From NCBI GenBank assembly GCA_017474125.1, contig JAFVIF010000076.1, positions 9,739 to 73,738 on the forward strand: a stretch of 64,000 nucleotides of DNA, given 5' to 3'. This DNA is from Clostridia bacterium. GTDB taxonomy: Bacteria > Bacillota > Clostridia > Oscillospirales > Acutalibacteraceae. A program made the position numbers and the translations under genes. Below are positions 9,209 through 19,042 of this stretch, in pieces. Within the stretch, counting starts at the first letter, position 1. Each line of letters begins with the position of its first letter. The notes beneath the pieces are model-generated. The model saw only the letters and a list, made by a program, of their open reading frames with translations, ran no database searches and was not told the DNA's origin.

Positions 9209-10393
9209 TTATTTTCCGGTATAATCGCGGTCAACCGATATTACGCATACGAAGGTGGGGTTAATCAGCAATGCCCGTTTGGTAATTTCAGCCTTAAAGT
9301 CTTCAACGGTCATATCAGCGCCGTTTGGAAGCACCGCATCAAAAATAAGATTGGTGCGCGTTTCGGCCATAGGGGTCATCCTGAAATCGTGAATGGTCGC
9401 GTCCGGATGAATTTCCTTTACCGCTTCGGCAATTTTCGCTTTGGTTAAGCTAACCTCCTCGCTGTCGGTATCAACGGGGTCGCAGTGAATGGTTAATTCA
9501 ACGCCAAGGCGTTCACATATCAGCTTTTCACACAAATCAATCTGCTCGTGGCAATACACCACGTCGATATTTTGGGGAACCTCTACGTGTACCGAAGCAA
9601 GACACCTTCCCGGTCCGTAGTTATGTACTATGAGGTCGTGAATACCCAAAAAGCAGTTAAAGGCAAAGATATTTTCCTCAAGGCTGCTTATAAGCTCCTT
9701 GCTCGGCGGCTGACCGAGTAATTTGTCAACCGTTTCCTTGGCGGAATTAAAGCCCGTATACAGTATAAACAGGCTCACTCCAATGCCCATAACGGCATCA
9801 AGATTAAAGGGCGGAGCAAAAACAGAGGAAGCTACAGCGGCAACAAGAATAACAATTGTAGCAATGCTGTCGTTAACGCTGTCCTGTGCCGTAGCGGCCA
9901 AGGCATCGGAATCAATTATTTTCGAAAGCCTTTTGTTAAAAACAAAAAGCCAAAGCTTAATTATTACCGAAACAACAAGAATTCCGTAGGTAATATAGGA
10001 ATACTGCGGTGCGGCTTCGCCGTTGACAATAGCCTCTACCGAGCTTTTAAAAAGCTCAAAGCCTACGAGTAAAATAAGTACAGACACAATAAAGGCGGAT
10101 AAGTACTCCATTCTGCCGTGACCGAAGGGGTGGTCCTTATCGGCAGGTCGTGCCGCCATTTTAAAGCCAACGGTTGTAATAATGCCCGAGCCCATATCGG
10201 CAAGGTTATTAAGTCCGTCGGCCAATACCGAAATACTGCCGATAATAAGACCGACGGCAATTTTTATACTGCACAAAATCAGATTACCTATCATTCCCAC
10301 AACACCCGACAGAGTGCCGTAGCGTTCTCGCACTGCAACGTTGCCTACATCGTTTTGGTTTTTAACGAAAAGGCGAATTAAAAGCTGTGTCAT
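9209..10393 (-). CDS. Cation diffusion facilitator (CDF) family metal efflux transporter
   Basis: TM domain with LADGLNNLAD and DKDHPFGHGRMEYL motifs, plus a C-terminal cytoplasmic domain. ATGA overlap with the ddl stop. Confidence 0.85.
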   Translation of the reverse strand: MTQLLIRLFVKNQNDVGNVAVRERYGTLSGVVGMIGNLILCSIKIAVGLIIGSISVLADGLNNLADMGSGIITTVGFKMAARPADKDHPFGHGRMEYLSAFIVSVLILLVGFELFKSSVEAIVNGEAAPQYSYITYGILVVSVIIKLWLFVFNKRLSKIIDSDALAATAQDSVNDSIATIVILVAAVASSVFAPPFNLDAVMGIGVSLFILYTGFNSAKETVDKLLGQPPSKELISSLEENIFAFNCFLGIHDLIVHNYGPGRCLASVHVEVPQNIDVVYCHEQIDLCEKLICERLGVELTIHCDPVDTDSEEVSLTKAKIAEAVKEIHPDATIHDFRMTPMAETRTNLIFDAVLPNGADMTVEDFKAEITKRALLINPTFVCVISVDRDYTGK

Positions 10394-11586
10394 ACCTTGG
10401 CGCCCTTACTTCCCTTCGCACCGCCAAGATTTACACCTGCAAGTATGTTGGTATCAATGGTAAAGGTTAAGTCGTCCTTTTTTCTTTGTCTTCTGAAGGC
10501 AATATCTACCATACGGTCAAGCAGTTCGGTATAGGGTACACCCGTGGGCTTCCACAAATAAAAGGAAAGTGAACCGGGTATAGTATTAATTTCGTTGGCG
10601 TAAACCTTATTAGTATCCTTATCAATAATAAAGTCGATTCTTACGACACCTGCACAGCCCAAGGCCTTAAAGATTTTGCAGGCAAGGCTTCTTATTTCCT
10701 CGGTGCGCTCCTCGTCAAGGTCGGCAGGCACCTTTCTCGAAAGGGAAGCCATTCCCTTACTGCCGCTCTTATTCTTGCCGCCCGAGGTATACTTATCCTC
10801 GTAGGAAAGAATTTCGTCGGTCATAAAGGGCTCCTCGCAAACCGAAGCGTAGCATTCGTCACAGTCTCCCAGCACCGAGCAGTTAATTTCTCTTAAATTG
10901 GTAACGGCTCTTTCAACCAGCACCTTGTCGGCAAAGGTCGTCGCGTTATCAATGGCATCAAGAAGGCCTTCTCTGTCGTTTGCCTTTTTAATGCCTACGC
11001 TGGAGCCTAAATTAATGGGCTTAACAATAGCGGGAAGTCCGATTTTCTCAATAATCTCGTCGGCAATTTTATCCTTATCAAGGGCATATTCCCTTGCATA
11101 AAAGGTTACACAGTCAAGCACGGGCAGGTCAAAGCGGCCAAGCACGTCTTTAAATACCGCCTTATCCATACCAACGGCACTGGAAATAATATCACAGCCA
11201 ACGTAAGGAAGGTTTAAAAACTCAAAGTAGCCCTGAAGGGTACCGTCCTCACAGTTGGTACCGTGAACAATCGGGAAGGCAACGTCGATAACCGTTTCCT
11301 TCGCCTTTTTAAACAGACCTGCCTTAAGCACGGTCATAACCACCTTGCCGTTTTTCCTTATTAGGGTAACGGGTGTGCAACGTGAAATTAAAGCGGGAAT
11401 ATCCTTGTAATTTTCAATGGAAAATAAAGCCTCGCCTGTAACGGTTTCTCCGTTTTTGGTAACGTAAACGGGATGAATATCGTACCTTTCTCTGTTCATA
11501 CTTGCCATTGCCTGAACGGCGGAAATTATAGAAACCTCGTGTTCAACACTTTGGCAACCGAAAAATACCGCTAAACTGATTTTCAT
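10390..11586 (-). CDS. ddl: D-alanine--D-alanine ligase
   Basis: FGCQSVEHEVSIISA N-terminus, ATP-grasp core (KPINLGSSVGI), C-terminal NEINTIPG motif, and an AGGAGG RBS. Confidence 0.9.
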   Translation of the reverse strand: MKISLAVFFGCQSVEHEVSIISAVQAMASMNRERYDIHPVYVTKNGETVTGEALFSIENYKDIPALISRCTPVTLIRKNGKVVMTVLKAGLFKKAKETVIDVAFPIVHGTNCEDGTLQGYFEFLNLPYVGCDIISSAVGMDKAVFKDVLGRFDLPVLDCVTFYAREYALDKDKIADEIIEKIGLPAIVKPINLGSSVGIKKANDREGLLDAIDNATTFADKVLVERAVTNLREINCSVLGDCDECYASVCEEPFMTDEILSYEDKYTSGGKNKSGSKGMASLSRKVPADLDEERTEEIRSLACKIFKALGCAGVVRIDFIIDKDTNKVYANEINTIPGSLSFYLWKPTGVPYTELLDRMVDIAFRRQRKKDDLTFTIDTNILAGVNLGGAKGSKGAKV

Positions 11587-11597
11587 AATAAAGCCTC

Positions 11598-13223
11598 CTA
11601 TTTAAGATAATTGTCGGGCAAATCGTTTTCAATAAGCACAACGGTATTGGCATCTGCAAGCTCTAAATATTTATCATAGGCTTCCTTAAAGCTCGCAGCA
11701 ACGTAAAGATTATTTTCAGAATAGCCCTTAGAAAGAATACCCTCTTTAATGGGCTCGCTTCTTTTTATTCCCACAAGAATAATAAAGTCGGCACATTCTG
11801 CCGCAACCTCGCCGAGCCTTTTATTGTGCATATATTCCTCATCTCCAAGCTCAACAAGTCCCGGAGTAATAAGCACACGCTTCATAGGTGCAAAGTGAGA
11901 AAGCACTCTGCAGGCCTCAAGACAGCCTACGGGGTTAGAGTTATAAGCATCGTCAATAAGGGTTGAGCCGTTGGCATAACGCTTTATTTCAAGGCGATGC
12001 TCAGGCGCGGTAAGGCGGGATACTGCAAATTTAATTTGTGCAGGGCTAACACCAAGAGAATGAGCCACGGCAGAAGCGCCAACGATGTTTTGCACGTTAT
12101 GATTGCCTAAAAGCTTGGTGGTTATTTCTATTTTTTCGCCCTTCAGGTGCAAATCAAAGGTTACCCCACGGGCGGAGCAATTAATATTATCCGCATAATA
12201 GTCGTAATTTGTATCGGTGCCGTAGAAAACAACCTCCCTTTCCCCTACTCTTGTTTTAATATCCTCACAGTCGCCGCAGGTGAAAAGGCTGCCGTTTTTT
12301 TGCTTTACGCTGTCGTAAAGCTCAAATTTAGTATTAAATACCGTATCAACGTCACCGAAGGTATCAAGATGCTGAGGGCCAACGGTGGTTATAAGGCCGC
12401 ACTCGGGATGTACAAGGTCGCATATTTCCTTGATATCACCGCTTCTTTTAGCACCCATTTCGCAAACGAAAATTTCGGTTTGCGGAGTAAAGTGCTGTCG
12501 AACGGTTATTACAACGCCCATTGTGGTATTAAAGTTTTTCGGTGTAGTAAGCACGTTGTACCTTTCCTTAAGCATTGCGGTTAAAATATGCTTGGTGCCT
12601 GTTTTGCCAAAGGAGCCCGTAACACCTATAACCTTAAGCCGTCCTTTATAGGAAGCGATTATTTTTTTAGCATCGTTAATATAATACCTTGTTATCATTT
12701 TTTCTATGGGGTAAAGCAACGCCCATAAAAGCAATACCGTAAAATAAGGAAAAATACAAAGGAGCACGTTTACGCTGAGCGCCCAGTAAGAATCTCCTCC
12801 AAGGAGGAAAAACTGTAAAACAACCATTAAAAGGGTTACGGTGCCGAGAGCGTAGTACATTCTTTTAACCCTTGCCGTAAACTTTAAGGGGATTATTGAT
12901 TTTTTCTGATGTCCTGCCGACAAAACAGCCAAAATAACGGTATAAATAAGCAACGCGGCTGTACATAAAAGTACCCTGATGCCCTTGGCATATTCCATAT
13001 TAAGTAAGGCATAAAGAACGAAAAAAGCCGCCCTGATTATGAATTTGCCCTTTTCATTTTCCTTGAGCCAAGGAATATAACGGCGGGGGAAGTATGAATT
13101 TTGCTGAAACATATGCATTTGCTTTGTAAGTGCAAAAAAGGCCGAAAGACCTGCAAGCAAAGCGGAAAGCGCATAAAAAAAGCTGTTATCCTTAAATATA
13201 AAAGTAATTATTTTACCTAACAA
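11598..13223 (-). CDS. murF: Mur ligase (MurF-like UDP-MurNAc-tripeptide--D-Ala-D-Ala ligase) with a polytopic membrane N-terminal region
   Basis: TTG start with a GGAGG RBS. Residues ~1-180 are hydrophobic helices. They are followed by the P-loop GVTGSFGKTGTKH and a Mur ligase C-terminal domain (DDAYNSNP). The gene lies directly upstream of ddl. Confidence 0.75.
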   Translation of the reverse strand: MLGKIITFIFKDNSFFYALSALLAGLSAFFALTKQMHMFQQNSYFPRRYIPWLKENEKGKFIIRAAFFVLYALLNMEYAKGIRVLLCTAALLIYTVILAVLSAGHQKKSIIPLKFTARVKRMYYALGTVTLLMVVLQFFLLGGDSYWALSVNVLLCIFPYFTVLLLWALLYPIEKMITRYYINDAKKIIASYKGRLKVIGVTGSFGKTGTKHILTAMLKERYNVLTTPKNFNTTMGVVITVRQHFTPQTEIFVCEMGAKRSGDIKEICDLVHPECGLITTVGPQHLDTFGDVDTVFNTKFELYDSVKQKNGSLFTCGDCEDIKTRVGEREVVFYGTDTNYDYYADNINCSARGVTFDLHLKGEKIEITTKLLGNHNVQNIVGASAVAHSLGVSPAQIKFAVSRLTAPEHRLEIKRYANGSTLIDDAYNSNPVGCLEACRVLSHFAPMKRVLITPGLVELGDEEYMHNKRLGEVAAECADFIILVGIKRSEPIKEGILSKGYSENNLYVAASFKEAYDKYLELADANTVVLIENDLPDNYLK

Positions 13224-13225
13224 AA

Positions 13226-13987
13226 TTATACCTCCAAAAAGCTTTTGAGTATTGCGGCGGTTTGCGCGGGATTATTAAGGAAAGAAAAATGTCCCGCGCC
13301 CTTGATTACGCAAAGACCCGCATCGGGGATAAGCTTTTCAATAGTTTGTGCATCCCTTAAGGGGGTATCGGTATCGTTTTCGCCCCAAATCAAAATTGTA
13401 GGGCAGGAAAAGCTTGGCAGTAAATGTCTTAAATCGGTATTTACAACGTTTACCATAGTTTTCCTTAAAACCTCGGGTGCCGATTTGTAATCGGCAGAGC
13501 CGAAATGATTTCGCGCTTTTTCTAAAAGGGGCGCCGAAAAGCTTTTAATAAGGGGAAGTGTAAGCACCCTTTTAATTAACTTAAAGGTGGCAATACGCAC
13601 TTTATTTTTAAAGCTTTTTTTAGGAATAAGACCCGCGCTGTCAAAAAGCACTATTTTTTCGGGGTTAAGCATTTTTTCGCCCACAAGCTTCATAATTACT
13701 CTGCCGCCGTGGGAATGGCCTATAAGTATAGGGTCGCTGATATTAACACCCTTGCAAAATTTAAGTACGAAATCGCAATAATCGTCAACAGTCCAAGGAC
13801 TTAGCATTGTATCACTTTGTCCGCAACCCGGAAAATCAACGGCGATTACGCGGTATTTAAGGCTTAATAAATTTATTATTCCGTTATAGGGCACCGTAGA
13901 GGAGCCCCAGCCGTGAAGCATTAGTATAGGCTCGCCCTCGCCCTTTTCAACGTAATTGATTTTTAAATTATCAATAACAATTTCCAT
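13226..13987 (-). CDS. Alpha/beta-fold hydrolase
   Basis: HGWGSS oxyanion region, nucleophile elbow GHSHGG, C-terminal GAGHF. Stop is 3 nt from the murF start. Confidence 0.8.
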   Translation of the reverse strand: MEIVIDNLKINYVEKGEGEPILMLHGWGSSTVPYNGIINLLSLKYRVIAVDFPGCGQSDTMLSPWTVDDYCDFVLKFCKGVNISDPILIGHSHGGRVIMKLVGEKMLNPEKIVLFDSAGLIPKKSFKNKVRIATFKLIKRVLTLPLIKSFSAPLLEKARNHFGSADYKSAPEVLRKTMVNVVNTDLRHLLPSFSCPTILIWGENDTDTPLRDAQTIEKLIPDAGLCVIKGAGHFSFLNNPAQTAAILKSFLEV

Positions 13988-14003
13988 AAACTCTACCCTT
14001 AAC

Positions 14004-14501
14004 TTAATTTAGCGCTTCGGTGAAGATTTCCCTTGCGAGTGAAGAATTTCTGTACCGCTTATCGCTTGTTACTTCCTTTATAACCTTTAAAAAATCCGGA
14101 ATGACAATTTCTTGCTTTTCGTCACTTAGCTCTATTTCCAAAAAGGCTCTGTCCTGCCAAAAGGGGAAAACGTCAACCTCCAAAAAAAGGCCGCCGCAGG
14201 GAATTATATAACGGGTTTTTGCAATTACGCTGGTTCCCCTTGCAAGGCCTTTTACGCCGTCAAGGTATTCCTCCTCGCTTATTTCCCATTCCTTTTCTTC
14301 CCTTTTAATATCGGTTATATGCTTTTTAACCGTTTTAATAAAATGGGTTTTCCCGTTTTCGGTAATTTTACGCACCCTGCCGCCGCCCTCAAGATAGCAT
14401 TGCTCAAGGTGGGTTATCCTTACCCCGTCAAGGGAGCCGATAACCGATATATCGGGATATTCTATAAGGAATTTTCGCTCAATTTCAAAGCCGTCCTTCA
14501 T
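14004..14501 (-). CDS. CYTH domain protein (CyaB/triphosphatase family)
   Basis: The N-terminal EIERKFL motif is the CYTH signature. Start set at ATG 14501, which has a GGAGGA RBS. The longer ORF would overlap mgtE. Confidence 0.7.
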   Translation of the reverse strand: MKDGFEIERKFLIEYPDISVIGSLDGVRITHLEQCYLEGGGRVRKITENGKTHFIKTVKKHITDIKREEKEWEISEEEYLDGVKGLARGTSVIAKTRYIIPCGGLFLEVDVFPFWQDRAFLEIELSDEKQEIVIPDFLKVIKEVTSDKRYRNSSLAREIFTEALN

Positions 14502-14514
14502 TTTGTCCTCCAAA

Positions 14515-15939
14515 TTAAAGCGCGCCAAGGAGCAATACCCAGGCAAGGCCGTAGTAAATTACCACAGCCACAAGGTCGTTAACAGTTGTAATCAGCGGAC
14601 CCGATGCAACGGCAGGGTCAATACCCAGCCTTTTGAACACAAGAGGAATAAAGGTGCCCGTAAAGCCTGATACCGTCATAGCGGCACACATTGCAAGCCC
14701 TACACAGCCGCTGGTCATAAAGGAATCAGCAAGGGTATAAGCCTTGGTAAAGTAAATGTAAAGTCCTATAACTGCGGCGCTGAGCACACCTAAAAGCACA
14801 CCGTTAAGGAAGCCGATTCTAAGCTCCCTTAACACCTTTTTCATATTATCCTTAAAGGATAATTCATCGCCCGTTAAGGTGCTTATGGTTACCGCAAGGG
14901 ACTGTGTTCCCACGTTACCCGCCATACCCAAAATAAGGGACTGGAAGGCAACTATAAGGGCAAGCTCCTTAACTACGTTTTCAAAAAGTCCTGCTACGGT
15001 GGAAACCACCATACCTAAAACAAGCAGTATCATAAGCCACGGAATACGCTTTTTAATGCTTTCCCTTAAGGGCTCCTTTTGATCCTCCTCGCCGCTAAGA
15101 CCTGCAAGCTTGGCGTAGTCTTCGTTGCTTTCGGTTTCAATGATTTCAACCACGTCAAGAGAGGTGATAACACCGATAAGGCTTTTGTCCTCGGGTGAAA
15201 GCACGGGAAAGGAATCCTCGGAATACTCCCTTAATTGCTCAATGGTTTGTGAAATGCTTTCGTTTGCATATACGTAAGGATATGACGTAACTATTAAAGA
15301 TTCAAGCTGTGTATCCTGACGGGCAAGAATAAGCTCCTTTAATTCAATGGCGCCGTAAAAACGGTTTTCTTCATCTACGGTATAAATGGTAGAAATATTA
15401 TCGTTTTCGGCGGCCTGATTAATAAGCTGGCGCATTGCCTGCTTAACGGTAAGGTCCTTGCTTATGACAATGAAGTTGGTGGTCATTATGCTACCGAATT
15501 CATCCTCGTCATAAGAATCAATAAGCTCAATATCCTCTTTAATTTCAGGGTCGAGCAGTTCAATAATTTCCTGACGCTTTTCTTCCTCCAATTCATCAAG
15601 AACGTCTACCGCGTCGTCGGCATCCATGCTCTCAATAATATCGGCGGCCTCGTCGCTTTCAAGCTCTTCAATGTAGGCATCAACGTCGTCAAGATAGGTA
15701 AATATATCCGATACTGCTTCGGGGCCTAAGGCTTCATAAAGGCTGTCACGCTCTTCGGGTGTTAAAAACTCAAGACATTCGGCAATATCGTTATCGTGGT
15801 AATCCTTTAATTTTTCATAAATTTCCTCGCCGCTTGCTCCGCTTCGTATAACGGCAAGTATTTCCTCGGTATAGTCACGGTTTTCAAGCACCGCTTCCTC
15901 CTCGGGAAGTATTATTTCCTTCTTATCCTTTTCTTCCAT
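14515..15939 (-). CDS. mgtE: Magnesium transporter MgtE
   Basis: Acidic N-domain, tandem CBS region, and a C-terminal TM domain with GNVGTQS and PLITTVNDL motifs. AGGAGGA RBS. Confidence 0.9.
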   Translation of the reverse strand: MEEKDKKEIILPEEEAVLENRDYTEEILAVIRSGASGEEIYEKLKDYHDNDIAECLEFLTPEERDSLYEALGPEAVSDIFTYLDDVDAYIEELESDEAADIIESMDADDAVDVLDELEEEKRQEIIELLDPEIKEDIELIDSYDEDEFGSIMTTNFIVISKDLTVKQAMRQLINQAAENDNISTIYTVDEENRFYGAIELKELILARQDTQLESLIVTSYPYVYANESISQTIEQLREYSEDSFPVLSPEDKSLIGVITSLDVVEIIETESNEDYAKLAGLSGEEDQKEPLRESIKKRIPWLMILLVLGMVVSTVAGLFENVVKELALIVAFQSLILGMAGNVGTQSLAVTISTLTGDELSFKDNMKKVLRELRIGFLNGVLLGVLSAAVIGLYIYFTKAYTLADSFMTSGCVGLAMCAAMTVSGFTGTFIPLVFKRLGIDPAVASGPLITTVNDLVAVVIYYGLAWVLLLGAL

Positions 15940-16066
15940 AATTTCCTCCTTCTGCAGCTACAAAAGGAGGGCATTCTCCTTTGAGCCGCGTTTATTCAAT
16001 TTACTACTTCGGGGATTCGCGCCTGCGTCCACGCAGCTCACCTCACTTTTTATAGATAATCATACA
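15940..16066 (-). promoter_or_regulatory. ~125-nt structured 5' leader of mgtE with a terminator-like hairpin; unclassified
   Basis: Minus-strand leader ...AGTGAGGTGAGCTGCGTGGACGCAGGCGCG...AAAGGAGAATGCCCTCCTTTTGT... lies between a strong promoter and the RBS. The hairpin AAAGGAG/CTCCTTT is followed by TTTTGT. Confidence 0.35.
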
Positions 16067-16072
16067 TAAAAA

Positions 16073-16101
16073 ATTATACCACTAATATTATTATATTTCA
16101 A
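16073..16101 (-). promoter_or_regulatory. Sigma-A promoter driving mgtE
   Basis: On the minus strand: TTGAAA, 17-nt spacer, TGgTATAAT (extended -10). Confidence 0.7.
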
Positions 16102-16183
16102 GAAGCTGTATATTTATTTTTAGTATTTTACAAATAATTATTTTTATGTTACAATATACAAAACGCAAAAAGGAGGGTACGGT

Positions 16184-18244
16184 ATGCTTAAAGAAAATTT
16201 TGCAATGGAGGTTTTGGCTCCCGTAGGCAATACCGAAATGCTTTACGCCGCCGTAAGGTCGGGCGCAAATGCGGTATATTTAGGTGCAAAAAGCTTTAAT
16301 GCACGGCGCAACGCCGATAATTTCGAAATTTACGACCTGAAAGAGGCTGTTGAATACTGCCATATACGTGGTGTTAAGGTATACCTTACCCTTAATATTC
16401 TTATATCTGACGGCGAAATGAAGGATGCCGTAGGCCTTGCGGCAGACGCTTATAATATAGGCATTGACGGTGTTATTATTGCTGATTTAGGCCTTGCCCG
16501 CATTTTAAGGGAAAAGCTTCCCCTTCTTCCCCTTCACGCCTCTACCCAAATGACGGTATGCCATAAGGATTCCCTTTATTTTCTAAAGGAGCTTGGCTTC
16601 AGCCGTGTGGTTGCAGCGCGAGAAATGAGCAAGGCGGAGCTAAATGAGCTTTGCGCAACGGCAAAGGAGCTTAATATAGAGGTTGAGGTTTTCGTTCACG
16701 GAGCGCTTTGTATGTGCCTTTCGGGACAATGCCTGCTTTCCGCTCTGCTTGGCGGACGAAGCGGCAACCGAGGACTTTGTGCAGGCCCCTGCCGTTTACC
16801 CTTTAGTGACCGAAAGGGCAACGATTACGTTTTAAGCCTTAAGGATTTATCCCTTCTACAGCATATTGACGAGCTTTCAAAAATGGGCGTTACCTCCCTG
16901 AAAATTGAAGGCAGAATGAAGCGAAGCGAATACGTTGCCGCCGCTGTCAGCGCCTTTAGAAGTATGGTTGATACGGGAAGCGTGCCTGAGGAATATGAAA
17001 AATGCCTAAAAGACGTTTTCAGCCGCTCGGGCTTTACCGACGGCTACTTTACCGAAAAGCGTTCAAAGGAAATGTTCGGCATTCGCACCAAGGAGGACGC
17101 CGGCGACGCCAAGGGCGCCTATCCCTTTTTACACGAGCTTATCCGTCACGAAAGGCAAAGCGTGGGTATTAGCATTTCTGCAGTAATAAAAGAAAACGAG
17201 CCTGTCACCCTTACTCTTTGCGACAATGAAAACACCGTTACCGTAACAGGGGAGCTTCCCGAAAAAGCCATAAACCGACCGTTAACTAAAGAAGCCGCGG
17301 CGCAGAATCTTTCAAAATTAGGCTCGACACCATATTTTGCCGAAAAGCAGGAAATTATTATTGACGACGGCATTACGGTACGCGCCTCTGCCCTTAACGA
17401 AATGCGCCGAAAGGCCTGTGAATTATTGAGCCTTAAGCGAGCGGAAATTAAAAGGGAAAGGGTAACCGTTTGCCTTTCTGCCCAATACTTAAATCCCCCA
17501 AAAACGGAAAAGGAGCTTTGGGTAAGGGTTAACTCGCCTTGCTTACTGCCCGACGATTTAAGCGGCATTTCGGCGGTGCTCCTCCCCATTGAAGCAGACC
17601 ACGATTTATTAAGGCTTTACGGCAAGGTGCTTTTAATTGCCGAGCTGCCGAGAGCAGGGCTTTACGGCAATGAGCTTAAGGAAAAATTAGAAAAGGCTAA
17701 GAAAAGCGGCTTTACCGCCGCCCTTGTCCAAAACTCGGCGCAGTTAAAGGCCGTAACCGACGTTGGACTCACCCCCATCGGCGGAAACGGGCTTAACGTT
17801 TTTTCCTCTCACACCCTTTCCACCCTAAAGTCCTTTGGCATAAACACCGCCGTTCTGTCACCCGAATTACGGGCCGAGCAAATAAACAGGCTTAATTCAG
17901 AAGTAAAAACCGTTCTTTTTGCCTATGGCAGGCTTCCTCTTATGATAACGAGAAACTGTCCTGCCGCACTTAGCGGCTGTAAGGACTGCAAGGGCGACAG
18001 GGTTATTACCGACCGCATGGGTATATCCTTCCCCGTCAAGTGCCGAAGCGGCTACAGCGAGCTGTTTTGCGACCGCCCCATTTGGCTTGGCGACCGCACT
18101 GATGAATTTAACGTTGACGCGCTTCTGCTTTACTTTACCTTCGAAGAAGGGAATGAAACCGAAAGGGTTATAAAGGCCTATAAAAACGGTGAAAAGAATA
18201 GTGGCGAATACACAAGAGGTATGTATTACAGAGGTGTAGAATAG
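16184..18244 (+). CDS. Peptidase U32 family protein (long form with a C-terminal extension)
   Basis: MEVLAPVGNTEMLYAAVRSGANAVYLG... and E-x-F-x-H-G-A-L-C (VEVFVHGALCMCLSGQC) are the U32 signature. Confidence 0.85.
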   Translation: MLKENFAMEVLAPVGNTEMLYAAVRSGANAVYLGAKSFNARRNADNFEIYDLKEAVEYCHIRGVKVYLTLNILISDGEMKDAVGLAADAYNIGIDGVIIADLGLARILREKLPLLPLHASTQMTVCHKDSLYFLKELGFSRVVAAREMSKAELNELCATAKELNIEVEVFVHGALCMCLSGQCLLSALLGGRSGNRGLCAGPCRLPFSDRKGNDYVLSLKDLSLLQHIDELSKMGVTSLKIEGRMKRSEYVAAAVSAFRSMVDTGSVPEEYEKCLKDVFSRSGFTDGYFTEKRSKEMFGIRTKEDAGDAKGAYPFLHELIRHERQSVGISISAVIKENEPVTLTLCDNENTVTVTGELPEKAINRPLTKEAAAQNLSKLGSTPYFAEKQEIIIDDGITVRASALNEMRRKACELLSLKRAEIKRERVTVCLSAQYLNPPKTEKELWVRVNSPCLLPDDLSGISAVLLPIEADHDLLRLYGKVLLIAELPRAGLYGNELKEKLEKAKKSGFTAALVQNSAQLKAVTDVGLTPIGGNGLNVFSSHTLSTLKSFGINTAVLSPELRAEQINRLNSEVKTVLFAYGRLPLMITRNCPAALSGCKDCKGDRVITDRMGISFPVKCRSGYSELFCDRPIWLGDRTDEFNVDALLLYFTFEEGNETERVIKAYKNGEKNSGEYTRGMYYRGVE

Positions 18245-18245
18245 T

Positions 18246-18279
18246 AAAAAAGACTTGTTCACTTGAACAAGTCTTTTTT
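18246..18279. terminator. Bidirectional intrinsic terminator
   Basis: AAAAAAGACTTGTTCA ct TGAACAAGTCTTTTTT, a 16-bp perfect stem between convergent genes. Confidence 0.85.
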
Positions 18280-18280
18280 G

Positions 18281-19042
18281 TCAGTCTTCATCTTTTTTAA
18301 ACACAAAGGGCTTTATAAGTCCGTAGGTGGCACCTGTAATTATAACCGTTATCATAAGCATAAGCACTATGGTAAGTCCCTTATCGATTACGCTGTCCAG
18401 TATTCTGACAGCATAAAAGGCCATTCGCAAAATAACCGAGGCGGCAAGCCAAAGCTTTTTATCACCGAATTTAAGCACCCTGTAAAAAATAACCGCAAAG
18501 GCAATTTCGGTTATAAACAGCATTAGCATTATGAGTAAATCGTAAAAATGATAAAGGGCGGAGCTGTCGGCAACCTGAGCAACGTTTTCTTCAAAAATCA
18601 CCGAAATACCTTCATTTTGGTTTTTAATATATATTGCCGAAATAATTGCGTTAACCACCGCTGATACACCGTAGCCCAATGCCATAAGACAGGAGGAAAA
18701 GCCTGCTCCCGCCATAATGCCGTCGACGTTTTGCTTTTCCTTTTTCATAACAGCCTTAAACCAAACAAGGTAGCCTACAGCTACGCAAAGAGTTTCGGCG
18801 GCAATGGTTATTCCGCTTTTTACGACGGTGCCCTCCATATCGTCAAATACCCCTGCAACAACCTCTAAATACGCCATAAGCACCGCGTAAATAAGACAGT
18901 AGAAAATTACGTAAACGGCTACGCCGCCGAAAAAGGCCTTTCCCCTTGCCGAGTATTTTCTTTTAAGGTAAATATAGGCGGCGGCAGGTATTATAAACGC
19001 CGTTAAAGCCTTTAATGCAAAAAGAATCAGAGACGAAATCAA
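18281..19042 (-). CDS. Polytopic membrane protein of unknown function (possibly YhfC-like)
   Basis: 253 aa with about 7 hydrophobic helices. The family assignment is uncertain. Confidence 0.5.
   Translation of the reverse strand: MISSLILFALKALTAFIIPAAAYIYLKRKYSARGKAFFGGVAVYVIFYCLIYAVLMAYLEVVAGVFDDMEGTVVKSGITIAAETLCVAVGYLVWFKAVMKKEKQNVDGIMAGAGFSSCLMALGYGVSAVVNAIISAIYIKNQNEGISVIFEENVAQVADSSALYHFYDLLIMLMLFITEIAFAVIFYRVLKFGDKKLWLAASVILRMAFYAVRILDSVIDKGLTIVLMLMITVIITGATYGLIKPFVFKKDED

Noticed and set aside
15940-16066. M-box (ykoK) Mg2+ riboswitch upstream of mgtE.
   Set aside because: Only a short AGGTGAG resemblance is present. The leader is too short and lacks the conserved M-box blocks as I recall them. 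It is kept as an unclassified leader, and a covariance-model scan is needed.
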